From: an uncultured Sulfurospirillum sp.
GTDB lineage: Bacteria > Campylobacterota > Campylobacteria > Campylobacterales > QNZT01
Direction of reading: 5' to 3'
NCBI GenBank assembly: GCA_964651755.1
Contig: CAZYZD010000001.1
Location: 1 to 55,386, forward strand
DNA: 55,386 bases
Shown here: piece after piece, positions 37,662-47,626 of the stretch
Layout: each line of letters opens with the position of its first letter
Position numbering within the stretch: position 1 is the first letter of the stretch
Program-made: the position numbers and the translations under genes
The notes under the pieces: generated by a model
What the model was told of the DNA's origin: nothing
What the model saw: the letters and a program-made list of their open reading frames with translations, nothing else
Databases searched by the model: none

Positions 37662-38684
37662 ATGAAAAAAACACTTAGTTTAGCACTTATCTTAGTCTCA
37701 ACTTCAACACTTTTTGCAGCTGATGCATTAATAGACAAAGCCAAAAAAGCAGGTTTGGCACCCATTCCGGCAGACAAAGCAGCCTTGATGAAACTCATCG
37801 ACAATCCCAAAAATCCTGTAACAGATGCAAAAGTAGAACTTGGTAAAAAACTCTATTTTGATCCAAGACTTTCTAAAAGCAACTTGATTAGTTGTAACAC
37901 TTGTCACAATCTTGCAACAGGCGGTATAGACGGTGTCAGTGCGGCAATTGGTCACAAATGGACAGCAAATCCTCACCACTTAAACTCTCCTACTGTATAC
38001 AACGCTGTATTTATGGATAAACAATTCTGGGACGGTAGATCTCCTGATCTTGAAGACCAGGCACAAGGACCTATGCAGGCAGCACCGGAAATGGCAATTT
38101 CAAAAGAGATGGCAGTTGAAAGAATCAGCTCTATGCCGGCATACGTAGAAGAGTTTAAAAAAGTTTATGGTGACGATAAAATCACTTTCAAAAAGATTGC
38201 AGATACTATCGGTGCATTTGAAAGAACTCTGGTAACGCCATCACCATTTGACAAGTTTCTACAAGGAGATGCAAACGCTTTAACAGATGCACAGAAAGAG
38301 GGTCTTAAAGTATTCATCGACAAAGGCTGTACAGCATGTCATACCGGTGTAGGTATAGGTGGAAGTATGCAGCCATTCCCTGTTGCGAAACCTTACAAAT
38401 ATGCAAATGTTGGTGATTTCAAAGGTGACAAAAACGGTATGGTAAAAACACCGACATTAAGAAATATCACTGAAACAGCACCTTACTACCACAACGGTGC
38501 AGTATGGTCATTGAGTGAAGCAATCAAAATCATGGGAGAAACACAACTTGGTGTAGATTTGACAGATAAAGAAGTTGCTTCTATCAAAGCATTTTTGACT
38601 TCACTTACAGGTGAAAAACCAAAAGTAATCTATCCTCAACTTCCGGCAGTTACAGATAAAACACCAAAACCTGTCGCTGATTAA
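37662..38684 (+). CDS. dihaem cytochrome c peroxidase (CCP/MauG family)
   Basis: Signal peptide, two haem motifs CNTCHN and CTACHTG, conserved FWDGR and PTLRN motifs. Confidence 0.9.
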   Translation: MKKTLSLALILVSTSTLFAADALIDKAKKAGLAPIPADKAALMKLIDNPKNPVTDAKVELGKKLYFDPRLSKSNLISCNTCHNLATGGIDGVSAAIGHKWTANPHHLNSPTVYNAVFMDKQFWDGRSPDLEDQAQGPMQAAPEMAISKEMAVERISSMPAYVEEFKKVYGDDKITFKKIADTIGAFERTLVTPSPFDKFLQGDANALTDAQKEGLKVFIDKGCTACHTGVGIGGSMQPFPVAKPYKYANVGDFKGDKNGMVKTPTLRNITETAPYYHNGAVWSLSEAIKIMGETQLGVDLTDKEVASIKAFLTSLTGEKPKVIYPQLPAVTDKTPKPVAD

Positions 38685-38698
38685 ACACTTCTTTTACA

Positions 38699-38721
38699 CC
38701 AGACTCTGAAAAAGAGTCTGG
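38699..38721. terminator. perfect 9-bp hairpin between convergent ccp and tgt
   Basis: ccagactct-gaaaa-agagtctgg followed by tatttta, lying in the 41-nt gap between the two stop codons. Confidence 0.6.
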
Positions 38722-38725
38722 TATT

Positions 38726-39847
38726 TTAGCCACCTCTTTTTTCATAAAATGTTTTTTTATATGCTTTAAATCTTCCCTCCAAAATCGCCTCCCGGACTTC
38801 TCGCATAAGCGTTAAATAATAGTGTAGATTATGCAAGGATGCCAACCTGAAATAGGTTAATTCCTTAGCTCTGAAGAGATGATTTAAATACCCACGGGAG
38901 TAATGTCTGCACGTATGACAGGTACAGCTGCTGTCGATAGGTTCATCACTGAGTTTGTGCTTTGCCCCTTTGATGTTAAGTTTACCAAATGTCGTAAAAA
39001 TCGTCCCGTTTCTTGCATTTCTTGTCGGCATTACACAATCGAACATATCCACACCCCGTTCGATATTTTCGATCAAATCTTCCGGCGTTCCAACCCCCAT
39101 CAGGTAACGTGGTTTATCATGAGGTAAAAAAGGTACCGTATATTCAACCGTATCATACATATCTTTGTTTGCTTCACCTACACTCAATCCACCAATAGCA
39201 AAACCGTCAAAATCAAACTCCGTTAATTGGGTAGCAGAGAGTTTACGAAACTCTTTATCTATACCACCCTGCACAATAGCAAAGATATTTTGATTTATTC
39301 CAATCCCCTCTTTTTGTTTCTGTCTGTGATACTCTATGGAAGCTTTTGCCCAGTTGGTCGTACGTTCTATAGAAAGCTTGATACGTTCCTTTTCAGCAGG
39401 CAAAGCGATAAGGTCATCTAGTATCATCATGATATCACTTCCCAAATTGTACTGGATATCTAAGACTTTTTCCGGAGTAAAATAGTGGGAAGAACCGTCT
39501 ATATGACTTTTGAAGTGAATACCCTTCTCATCTGGTTTGGAAATGTTAGAAAGAGAAAAAGCCTGAAAACCTCCACTGTCTGTTAAAAAGCTTTTGGGAT
39601 AGTTCGCAAACTCATGTAAACCGCCAAAATGTTTTACCACTTTGTCCCCCGGACGCAGATAAAGATGATAGGTATTTGCCAGAATAATATCTGTCTGTAA
39701 AATTTCATTCATATCGTAACTATCTAGCGCTTTTACGGTACCTACCGTACCGACAGGCATAAATACCGGTGTCTCTATTTTACTATGTGCTGTGGTGATA
39801 GTACATGCTCTGGCATTGCCGTCAGTATGGTCAATTTGAAACTTCAT
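38726..39847 (-). CDS. tgt: queuine tRNA-ribosyltransferase (tRNA-guanine transglycosylase)
   Basis: 373 aa. TDSGGFQ, GLSVGE and the zinc motif [17 protein letters not shown] are diagnostic of Tgt. Confidence 0.93.
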   Translation of the reverse strand: MKFQIDHTDGNARACTITTAHSKIETPVFMPVGTVGTVKALDSYDMNEILQTDIILANTYHLYLRPGDKVVKHFGGLHEFANYPKSFLTDSGGFQAFSLSNISKPDEKGIHFKSHIDGSSHYFTPEKVLDIQYNLGSDIMMILDDLIALPAEKERIKLSIERTTNWAKASIEYHRQKQKEGIGINQNIFAIVQGGIDKEFRKLSATQLTEFDFDGFAIGGLSVGEANKDMYDTVEYTVPFLPHDKPRYLMGVGTPEDLIENIERGVDMFDCVMPTRNARNGTIFTTFGKLNIKGAKHKLSDEPIDSSCTCHTCRHYSRGYLNHLFRAKELTYFRLASLHNLHYYLTLMREVREAILEGRFKAYKKTFYEKRGG

Positions 39848-39950
39848 TTATCCTCCTGGGAGATTTGTTAAATTATAGTATAGATTGTGTTAAAAGGTAA
39901 AGCAGAAAAAGTTTGCAAAGATTTAATTCATTTCTATTTGGAGCAATTTC

Positions 39951-39964
39951 TTGACTTATATCAA
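39951..39964 (+). promoter_or_regulatory. Crp/Fnr-family binding-site-like palindrome upstream of nosZ
   Basis: TTGAC-TTAT-ATCAA differs at one position from TTGAT-N4-ATCAA. Centred 74.5 nt upstream of the nosZ ATG. If TAAAAT at 39987-39992 is the -10, the box centre lies near -41.5 (class II position). Confidence 0.5.
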
Positions 39965-40031
39965 ACATAATCACTCTTAATAATAGTAAAATACGCTTTG
40001 TAGTAGGTTATTTTATAAAGGAGGTACTACG

Positions 40032-42635
40032 ATGAAATCTATCGTAAAGAAACTGTCGCTGATTGCAATCAGTACGATGGTAGGTGTGACGTTGGGTAAC
40101 GCCGCAACCGAGCTTGACAAGGTCATGAAAGAGAGAGGTCTTTCTCAGGCTGACTTGCTCGCTGCAGCGAAAACCTATACACCTAGTGGTGGAAGGGACA
40201 AATATATCGTTTTCAGTTCAGGAGGACAATCCGGACAGATTATGGCATATGGTGTTCCATCTATGAGAATTTTAAAATATATCGGTGTATTTACACCGGA
40301 ACCATGGCAAGGTTGGGGTTATGATGATGACACCAAAAAAGTACTTGCACAGGGAAATATCCGCGGAAAGAAGATCACATGGGGTGACACACACCACCCT
40401 GCTATCTCAGAAACCGACGGTAAATACGACGGTAAATGGCTTGTCATCAATGATAAAGCGAACCCTCGTATCGCAGTTATTGATCTGAGTGACTTTGTTA
40501 CAAAACAGATCGTTGTCAATCCGGTTTTCAAATCTGATCACGGTGGAGCTTTCTTCACACCAAACTCAGAATATATCCTGGAAGCCTGCCAGTATGGTGC
40601 ACCTCTGGATAACAACTATCATCCGATTGAAGAGTATGCAGAAACTTATCGTGGTGGTGTAACGGTTTGGAAATTTGATCATGAAAAAGGAAAAATTCTT
40701 CCGGATCAATCTTTCACAATCGAAATGCCTGCCTATATGCAAGATCTTTCCGACGCTGGTAAAGAAGCTTGTGACGGATGGGGTTTTACCAATTCATTTA
40801 ACTCAGAGATGTATACCGGTGGTATCGAAAAAGGTCTTCCTCCATTTGAAGCGGGATGTAGCCGTAATGACACTGACTTTTTGCATGTCTACAACTGGAA
40901 AAAACTTGCTGAACTTGCCAAAGATGACAAAAATGTCAAAATTATTAATGGACACAGAGTTGTTCCTATTGATGTAGCAGTCAAAAATGATGCACTTTTC
41001 TTGATTCCTGAACCAAAATCACCTCACGGTGTTGATGTTTCACCAGATGGTAAATATATCGTTGTTTGTGGTAAACTTGATACACATGCAACAGTTTACT
41101 CTTGGGAAAAAATCCAAAAGCTGATCAAAGCAAAAGATTTTGTTGGAAAAGATCCATATGGTATTCCAATTCTTGATCTCAAAAAGACAGCGCATTGTCA
41201 GGCAGAGCTGGGTCTTGGGCCACTACATAACCAGTATGGACCAAAATGGAAAACAGATGGAGAAATCTATACTTCACTTTATGTTGATTCTCAGGTTGTA
41301 AGATGGAACTATCTTACTTGTAAAGTTACAGATCGTCAAAATGTTAACTACAACATCGGTCACCTTTGCGGAATGGAAGGAAAATCTCGTGATCCTCAGG
41401 GTGATTATATCATTGCTCTGAACAAACTTGCTATCGACAGATTTAACGAAATTGGACCATTGCATCCACAAAACCATCAGTTGATAGATATTCGCGGTAA
41501 AAAGATGCAACTACTTTACGATATGCCGGTACCACTGGGTGAACCACACCAGGCGGTTGCTATCAGAGCATCTAAACTACATACGCATGTACGTTACAAA
41601 ATGGGTACAAATGCTTTCACAGGTAAAATCCATGAAGGTAAAACACTTGCAGGTCAGGAAAAAATTGTTAGAAAAGGTAACCATGTTTATGTTTACGGTA
41701 CAGTGGTCAGATCACACATCAACCCTGAGCACGTAACAGTAAACAAAGGCGATACTGTTACTTTCTATCTGACAAACCTTGAGAGAGCAGAAGATGAGAC
41801 ACATGGTTTTACAGTAGACCAATACAATATCCATACATCACTTGAGCCGGGTAAAACTGTTGCAGTTACTTTCAAAGCAGATCTGGAAGGTGTATTCCCT
41901 TACTATTGTACAGAGTTCTGTTCAGCACTTCACCTGGAGATGATGGGTTACCTGCTTGTCAAAGATCCAAACAAAAAATATGTTAGTGCTGCAAAACTAA
42001 AACGTGCAAAAATGTCACCTGAGCAACTAAAAGCTGAGTATGACAAAACAGTTGCAACAAACAAAGCAACAGATGCTGTTATCCAAAGTGTTGTGAAATT
42101 CCTCAAAGAAAACCACTATGAGAAATATCCAACAGTCAAAGCACTTGTTGAAGATGCACTTGACCAATATGGTAAAATCCCTGAGCAGAAAAAACATTCT
42201 GATGAAGCTGTTAAAGAAGGTGATCTTGAAAAAGCAATTCTCTTCGAAAACATGATCTGGCAATACATGGTTAAAACTGCTGACGTTGGTATTAGAGCTA
42301 AAGACCTTCTTGTAACAAAAGTTGCATCACCTATGAGTGAAGCAGCACAAAGAGGTAAAGAAGCATTCTTAGAAGGCGGTTGTAACGGTTGTCACGTTGT
42401 TGGAAAAGTAAGTTCCGGACCAGATTTGGTTGGTGTTCTCAGCCGACATGAAAATGGTGAGCAGTGGGTAAAAGAGTTTATCTTGAAACCTGAATCTAAA
42501 TACAAAGATCCATATGTTGAATCTATGATTAACTACTTTAACCTCAGAATGCCTAACCAAGGTATGAGTGAGAAACAAGCTAAGGATATCATTGAATATC
42601 TCAAATGGATCGACAAGAACGCTAACTTGTTCTAA
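40032..42635 (+). CDS. nosZ: nitrous-oxide reductase, clade II (Sec-type) with C-terminal monohaem cytochrome c domain (cNosZ)
   Basis: 867 aa. Signal peptide without a twin-Arg. CuZ His motifs (GDTHHP). CuA site HGFTVDQ...CTEFCSALHLEMMG. About 100-aa C-terminal extension with CNGCH (nt 42381) and a distal Met (LRMPNQGM). Confidence 0.95.
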   Translation: MKSIVKKLSLIAISTMVGVTLGNAATELDKVMKERGLSQADLLAAAKTYTPSGGRDKYIVFSSGGQSGQIMAYGVPSMRILKYIGVFTPEPWQGWGYDDDTKKVLAQGNIRGKKITWGDTHHPAISETDGKYDGKWLVINDKANPRIAVIDLSDFVTKQIVVNPVFKSDHGGAFFTPNSEYILEACQYGAPLDNNYHPIEEYAETYRGGVTVWKFDHEKGKILPDQSFTIEMPAYMQDLSDAGKEACDGWGFTNSFNSEMYTGGIEKGLPPFEAGCSRNDTDFLHVYNWKKLAELAKDDKNVKIINGHRVVPIDVAVKNDALFLIPEPKSPHGVDVSPDGKYIVVCGKLDTHATVYSWEKIQKLIKAKDFVGKDPYGIPILDLKKTAHCQAELGLGPLHNQYGPKWKTDGEIYTSLYVDSQVVRWNYLTCKVTDRQNVNYNIGHLCGMEGKSRDPQGDYIIALNKLAIDRFNEIGPLHPQNHQLIDIRGKKMQLLYDMPVPLGEPHQAVAIRASKLHTHVRYKMGTNAFTGKIHEGKTLAGQEKIVRKGNHVYVYGTVVRSHINPEHVTVNKGDTVTFYLTNLERAEDETHGFTVDQYNIHTSLEPGKTVAVTFKADLEGVFPYYCTEFCSALHLEMMGYLLVKDPNKKYVSAAKLKRAKMSPEQLKAEYDKTVATNKATDAVIQSVVKFLKENHYEKYPTVKALVEDALDQYGKIPEQKKHSDEAVKEGDLEKAILFENMIWQYMVKTADVGIRAKDLLVTKVASPMSEAAQRGKEAFLEGGCNGCHVVGKVSSGPDLVGVLSRHENGEQWVKEFILKPESKYKDPYVESMINYFNLRMPNQGMSEKQAKDIIEYLKWIDKNANLF

Positions 42636-42648
42636 TCTTTCTTTCTAT

Positions 42649-42683
42649 AAAGATGGCGGGGATTTCCCCGTCATCTTTTTTTT
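42649..42683 (+). terminator. rho-independent terminator/attenuator after nosZ
   Basis: aaagatggcgggg-attt-ccccgtcatcttt forms a 13-bp stem with one G-T pair, followed by a T run (ttttt). Confidence 0.7.
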
Positions 42684-42699
42684 ATCTACTATTATGCTC

Positions 42700-42726
42700 T
42701 TGATTGAGGGTATAATAGTGTATAAT
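42700..42726 (+). promoter_or_regulatory. possible sigma70-type promoter for nosB and downstream genes
   Basis: TTGATT (42700-42705), then TATAAT twice (42711-42716 and 42721-42726). Spacing to the second hexamer is 15 nt, which is suboptimal. Confidence 0.3.
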
Positions 42727-42762
42727 TATTAAAGTAACTTATAACATAATATCAGTAGAAGG

Positions 42763-43566
42763 ATGGGGGAAATGAATAAATCTTATATGAAATCAAGAAT
42801 ATTCACATTTTTGGCATTTGCGATACTCATGTACGCATTTGTCATACCGGCAGTATTTACGCATAATGTCGTAGAACTGAAAGAAGAAGGAAAAGGTGAT
42901 AAAATCTCAGAACTCTCTATAAAAGTCTGGGATTTTTACAATAAGAATGCATACAAGAGCCCTACTGTACCTAAAGATGTTGCAGGGAACCTCAAAAGAT
43001 TGATTGAAGAAGATATGGAAGTGGGTGTTGCCACAATGCCTATCTGGTATGTAGCACTTGAAGCACCAAACTATCCAAAAGAGTCATTTCCTGAGGGAAT
43101 TCCGGTTTACTACCATTTCGACGGATTTAGCGGAGATGTTTTTGAGATGGAAACCATCAACCACTTTATCGGTATGGATCCTATGAAAAGAGGTGCGCCT
43201 TACCTAAGAGCTGCTGCGCCTTATGCCCTGGTTTTTGTAGCACTGCTTTTTATTCTTTATATGCTATACGATGCGAAAATTCTGGATTATCTTATGCTTA
43301 TACCGGTTGCACTTCCTGTAATCTTCCTTGGTTTTTATGCCTATTGGCTCTACTGGTTCGGTCATCATATGCATGACTGGGGAGCATTTAAAATCAAACC
43401 GTTTATGCCAACCGTTTTTGGAGATGGAAAAGTAGCACAGTTTACAACACACTCCTACCCGACTACCGGTTTCTGGTTATTGATTGCGATCAGTATTTTA
43501 AGCCTTCTGGCAATTGTTTCCAAGAAAAAAGCCAGACGACTTGCGCAAGAACAAGAAAAAAAATAA
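42763..43566 (+). CDS. nosB: NosB membrane protein (clade II nos cluster)
   Basis: Polytopic membrane protein located directly after nosZ, as in Wolinella-type clusters. Start could be the second ATG at 42772. Confidence 0.7.
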   Translation: MGEMNKSYMKSRIFTFLAFAILMYAFVIPAVFTHNVVELKEEGKGDKISELSIKVWDFYNKNAYKSPTVPKDVAGNLKRLIEEDMEVGVATMPIWYVALEAPNYPKESFPEGIPVYYHFDGFSGDVFEMETINHFIGMDPMKRGAPYLRAAAPYALVFVALLFILYMLYDAKILDYLMLIPVALPVIFLGFYAYWLYWFGHHMHDWGAFKIKPFMPTVFGDGKVAQFTTHSYPTTGFWLLIAISILSLLAIVSKKKARRLAQEQEKK

Positions 43567-43585
43567 ATAATTAGGAATTCAAATT

Positions 43586-44803
43586 ATGAAAGCTGCTTTG
43601 GTTTTACTCCTTTTCGCATTGTCACTGAACGCAAATCTTTTGCAAGATGCTATCGACAATGCAAAAGAGGGTTCAAAACTGCAGCTGCCTGCGGGAGTTT
43701 ATAAAGGAAATATCGTTATAAACAAACCGCTGATTATTGAGGGAGCAAGCAAAAAAACAGTGATTGAAGGTGATGGTAAAGGTACCGTTGTTACTATCTC
43801 AACCTCATTTGTCACTCTTAAAAATCTCACTATAAGACGCAGTGGAGATCAACATGAAAGAGTCGATGCAGGTGTATCGCTCAAAAAAGTACACCACTGC
43901 AATATACTGAATTGCCATATAGAAGATGCACTGTTTGGTATTGACCTTCAGGAGACACATGAATCCAATATCAGTAACAATTTCATTACCTCCAAACCTT
44001 TTGACCTGGGACTGCGCGGGGATGCCATCCGGCTTTGGTACAGCAATGACAACATCCTGACACATAACCATATAACCAAATCAAGAGATTTTGTTGTCTG
44101 GTATTCTCATGGAAATTTGATTGCAAATAATTACGGCGAATTTGGCAGATATTCTCTACACTTCATGTATACCGGAAAAAATATCGTTAAAAACAATGAA
44201 TTTGTACATAATTCGGTCGGTATCTTTTTTATGTATTCCAAGGACACCATCGCCACAGGAAATATTGTTAAAAACTCACTGGGTACAACAGGTCTTGGAA
44301 TTGGTCTTAAAGATTGTTCCAACTATACTATCAAAGAAAATAAAATACTCTATTGTGCCAGAGGACTCTATGTTGACAGATCACCTTTTGAACCCGATAC
44401 CGTCAACCATATAGAAGACAATTATATTCTCTATAATAGTGAAGGTGTGCGTTTTCACTCTTTGAGTCTGCACAATATATTTAAAGGAAATATCATCAAA
44501 GGCAATATTGAAGCAGTAGTCAACGATTCATACAACACAAAAGTCACAGAAAATGTCTGGGACGGTAACTACTGGGACAACTACGAAGGCTTTGACAAAG
44601 ATGGTGACGGTATCGGGGATACACCGCACAATCTGTATTACTATGCTGACAAAATGTGGCTTTTAAATCCAAATGTAAAGTTTTTTTACGGTTCGCCGGT
44701 CATCTCAATATTGAATTTTCTGGCAAAACTGGCACCTATCTCGGAGCCTGTAAGATTACTGACTGATGAACATCCTAAAATGATGGAGGGGAAAATATTA
44801 TGA
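43586..44803 (+). CDS. nosD: NosD periplasmic beta-helix protein
   Basis: Signal peptide, repeated parallel beta-helix (NosD/CASH) units (N-x-I-x-N patterns), and a DKDGDGIGDTP motif near the C-terminus. Confidence 0.9.
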   Translation: MKAALVLLLFALSLNANLLQDAIDNAKEGSKLQLPAGVYKGNIVINKPLIIEGASKKTVIEGDGKGTVVTISTSFVTLKNLTIRRSGDQHERVDAGVSLKKVHHCNILNCHIEDALFGIDLQETHESNISNNFITSKPFDLGLRGDAIRLWYSNDNILTHNHITKSRDFVVWYSHGNLIANNYGEFGRYSLHFMYTGKNIVKNNEFVHNSVGIFFMYSKDTIATGNIVKNSLGTTGLGIGLKDCSNYTIKENKILYCARGLYVDRSPFEPDTVNHIEDNYILYNSEGVRFHSLSLHNIFKGNIIKGNIEAVVNDSYNTKVTENVWDGNYWDNYEGFDKDGDGIGDTPHNLYYYADKMWLLNPNVKFFYGSPVISILNFLAKLAPISEPVRLLTDEHPKMMEGKIL

Positions 44804-45597
44804 CACCAGAAGAGAAAAAAAGAAGAGACTTTGTTAAACAGGTAACAGGTCTTGGGGTTTTGGGTGTTGCCGCAGCAGCAGGTATTTACTATGCACCAAA
44901 ACTCAAGATGGAAAAGCCAATTCTCAGACCTCCCGGGGCAGTCGACGAGGAGGATTATCTCAAGCTATGTATCAAATGTGGACAATGTCTGCAAGTATGT
45001 CCCTATGATTCTATTCTTTTAGAGGATATTGAAGGAGGGGCAAGTTTAGGAATGGCATATATCGATCCACTGAAACGCGGTTGCTATCTTTGTGAAGCAT
45101 TCCCATGTATACTTGCCTGCCCTACCGGAGCACTTGATCATGAAAAAGATGAAATCAAATATGTTCATATGGGTATGGCAGTCATTGTCAATGAGTCAGC
45201 ATGTCTGGCACTCAAAAATGAACCCGTTCCGGACAAAGCGATTGACCGTATTTATGATCATACAAAAATTCTAAGCAAAGAGGAACATACAGCACATAAA
45301 GTAATTATGCGCGGTGATGAAAATGAAAAAGAACAATTACAGAAAAAAGTTCTGGAAGATCTTGAAAAATTCAGAGGTAAACAGTGTACCATCTGTGCAG
45401 ATTTATGTCCTTTTCATCCAAATCCACAGGATGCAATCGGCATGGTTTCCAAAAATGGTGGACTCATACCTGAAATCAGAGAAGCGTGTGTTGGATGCGG
45501 AGCCTGTGTAGAGCTTTGTCCTACACAAGTACTCAACATCGTACCAAGAGCGACATATGACGATATTTACGGGAAGGGAAAACAAAACAATGGCTAA
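44800..45597 (+). CDS. nosG: NosG, NapG-like periplasmic polyferredoxin
   Basis: Tat-type signal KKRRDFVKQVTGLGVLGVAAAAG. Four Cys clusters (CIKCGQCLQVCP, CYLCEAFPCILACP, CTICADLCP, CVGCGACVELCP). Confidence 0.85.
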   Translation: MTPEEKKRRDFVKQVTGLGVLGVAAAAGIYYAPKLKMEKPILRPPGAVDEEDYLKLCIKCGQCLQVCPYDSILLEDIEGGASLGMAYIDPLKRGCYLCEAFPCILACPTGALDHEKDEIKYVHMGMAVIVNESACLALKNEPVPDKAIDRIYDHTKILSKEEHTAHKVIMRGDENEKEQLQKKVLEDLEKFRGKQCTICADLCPFHPNPQDAIGMVSKNGGLIPEIREACVGCGACVELCPTQVLNIVPRATYDDIYGKGKQNNG

Positions 45598-46156
45598 AAA
45601 AAACTGGATCATTATCTATGCTCTGGCACTGCTGTTAGCAGGTTGTGGCGGTGATAGTGCAAAACAAGAGACAAAAAGTGAAGCATCTGCTCCACAGATC
45701 AAAGTAACCGAAGGTGCTGTAGATACAACCGTCAAAGAGGGTGCTTCCAAAAGCAACAGCGGACAGTTTTACTACTCATACAATAAAGAGAAAAATACAA
45801 GCAACTACAATTCTGAGGAAAATAAACCAAGAACTACTATCGATGCTTACCTCAACATCAAATCACCTTATGAAAGAGTACGTATCACTATGATGATCAA
45901 ACGTTTAAGCAGCGATTATATCATCAAGTGTTCACCATGTCATGATGATTATGCAAACGGTGTCATCGGTCCTTCTCTTCTGGGAAAAGATGCACAGTTT
46001 ATCTATGAGAGAATCATGGATTTCAAAACCGGTAAAAAGAAAAATGTTCTGATGAAAGAGTTGATTTCTCAAATTGATGATACAAAACTGAAATCTATGG
46101 CGGAAGAGATCGCCAACTTTAACAAAGAGATCTTAAAAATGAGGAGAGGGAAATGA
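45590..46156 (+). CDS. nosC1: NosC1 monohaem cytochrome c lipoprotein
   Basis: Lipobox LLLAGCGG after MAKKNWIIIYALA (start trimmed to 45590). Haem motif CSPCH. Position matches nosC1. Confidence 0.8.
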   Translation: MAKKNWIIIYALALLLAGCGGDSAKQETKSEASAPQIKVTEGAVDTTVKEGASKSNSGQFYYSYNKEKNTSNYNSEENKPRTTIDAYLNIKSPYERVRITMMIKRLSSDYIIKCSPCHDDYANGVIGPSLLGKDAQFIYERIMDFKTGKKKNVLMKELISQIDDTKLKSMAEEIANFNKEILKMRRGK

Positions 46157-46686
46157 TAAAACACATAATAGCACTGATTGCTTTACTGCTTGCCATCTGG
46201 GCTTCGATCTATATGATGGGACTTGACAAGGAAGTGGAAAAGCTGGATCGTATTTCAGCACTGATTAAAAGTACAGCGATGGAAGATAAAAAAATCAAAG
46301 TACAAACTCATCAGCAAACTGCACCACAAACGCAGAATACTCAAAGTTCTACTGCAACAACGGAAAGCAGCAAAGATAAAGAGATTGCAGAAAAACTTAA
46401 AGCACTCAAAGAAAAAGCAGGAAATATTGCTGCATTTAAAGTAAGTCCACTTTACAAAAAAAGCTGTGCTTCTTGTCATGGAGCAACTGGTGAAGGTGTA
46501 ATTGGTCCAAAATTACGAGGAGATTCTAAAGAAAAAGTTTTACAAGCGCTGAAAGATTTTAAAAGCGGAAAACGAAAAAACTATGTCATGTATGGACTTT
46601 TGGGCAATATCAGCGATGCACAAATTGAAGAATTGGCAGAAGAGATCTCAACTTTTCAAGCTAAGCTAGAAGCAGCCAACAAATAA
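46153..46686 (+). CDS. nosC2: NosC2 monohaem cytochrome c (membrane-anchored)
   Basis: N-terminal anchor helix and haem motif CASCHG. The C-terminal part is paralogous to NosC1 (DFKSGKRKNYVM vs DFKTGKKKNVLM). 4-nt overlap with nosC1. Confidence 0.8.
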   Translation: MIKHIIALIALLLAIWASIYMMGLDKEVEKLDRISALIKSTAMEDKKIKVQTHQQTAPQTQNTQSSTATTESSKDKEIAEKLKALKEKAGNIAAFKVSPLYKKSCASCHGATGEGVIGPKLRGDSKEKVLQALKDFKSGKRKNYVMYGLLGNISDAQIEELAEEISTFQAKLEAANK

Positions 46687-46714
46687 ACAGATATATTATC
46701 TAAGGAGGGGAAAA

Positions 46715-47626
46715 ATGGATAGATATAATGCCAGTGTAAGAGACTTGATCAATGCTCCTTTTTGGTCAACCTTTTACTATAAAACCAAAGAGGGTAAGAC
46801 CAAACTCACTATCCGTGCTTGGAGATGGCTGAGTATTATTATCATCAATGTGCTCTTTTTCCTCTCCTTTCATATCGATATACAATTTTTGGAAGGTACA
46901 CTTAACGGATCAAGACTTTTGGGTTTTCACCTGATTGATCCTTTTACCGCACTGGAAATTTTTGCAGCAGAACACCATATTCATACCAATGTCATCATTG
47001 GAAGTCTTACACTGATTGCTTTCTATTTTCTGGCAGGCGGTAAAGCATACTGTGCCTGGGTATGCCCCTATGGTATGCTCAGTGAAATAGGAGAGTATTT
47101 TCACCAAAAACTGGTACGAAAAAAAATTATCAAAGAGAGAAAATTCAACCCAAATATCCGTTTTTTCTTCTGGGCAGTCTTTTTAATAGCCGCATTTGTC
47201 GACGGTTATCTTGTTTTTGAGGTTATCAATCCTATTGGAATTGTCAGCCGTGCTATTACTTACGGATGGAGTCTGGCACTGGTTTGGGTAATCGTCATCC
47301 TTCTTTTTGAGATCTTTTACTCCAGAAGAGCTTGGTGTAAATATATCTGCCCTGTAGGTACTACTTATAACTTTGTCGGCTGGGCAAGCCTTACCAAAGT
47401 ACAATGGGATATGAACAAATGCGACCACTGCGGTGCTTGTTTAAATGCCTGCTTTGAAGATCATGTACTCGAATTTATCAAACCAAAATATGATAAAAAA
47501 CGTGCAGAAAAAGGTATTGATAAACAGCTGGTTGTCAATGGTGACTGTACACTTTGCGGTCGCTGTTTCGATGTCTGCCATACTGATGCATACAATTATG
47601 ACTTCAGATTGAAAGATTTGGTGTAA
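46715..47626 (+). CDS. nosH: NosH, NapH-like membrane-bound polyferredoxin
   Basis: TM helices with two CxxCP motifs (CAWVCPYG, CKYICPVG) and two C-terminal 4Fe-4S motifs (CDHCGACLNAC, CTLCGRCFDVC). Confidence 0.85.
   Translation: MDRYNASVRDLINAPFWSTFYYKTKEGKTKLTIRAWRWLSIIIINVLFFLSFHIDIQFLEGTLNGSRLLGFHLIDPFTALEIFAAEHHIHTNVIIGSLTLIAFYFLAGGKAYCAWVCPYGMLSEIGEYFHQKLVRKKIIKERKFNPNIRFFFWAVFLIAAFVDGYLVFEVINPIGIVSRAITYGWSLALVWVIVILLFEIFYSRRAWCKYICPVGTTYNFVGWASLTKVQWDMNKCDHCGACLNACFEDHVLEFIKPKYDKKRAEKGIDKQLVVNGDCTLCGRCFDVCHTDAYNYDFRLKDLV

Noticed and set aside
42681-42694. The 14-nt exact repeat TTTATCTACTATTA occurs in two intergenic regions (42681-42694 after nosZ and 54471-54484 upstream of the Fe-ABC operon)
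   Set aside because: In a 55-kb AT-rich sequence, several 14-nt A/T-rich coincidences are expected by chance. There is no palindromic structure and no third copy.
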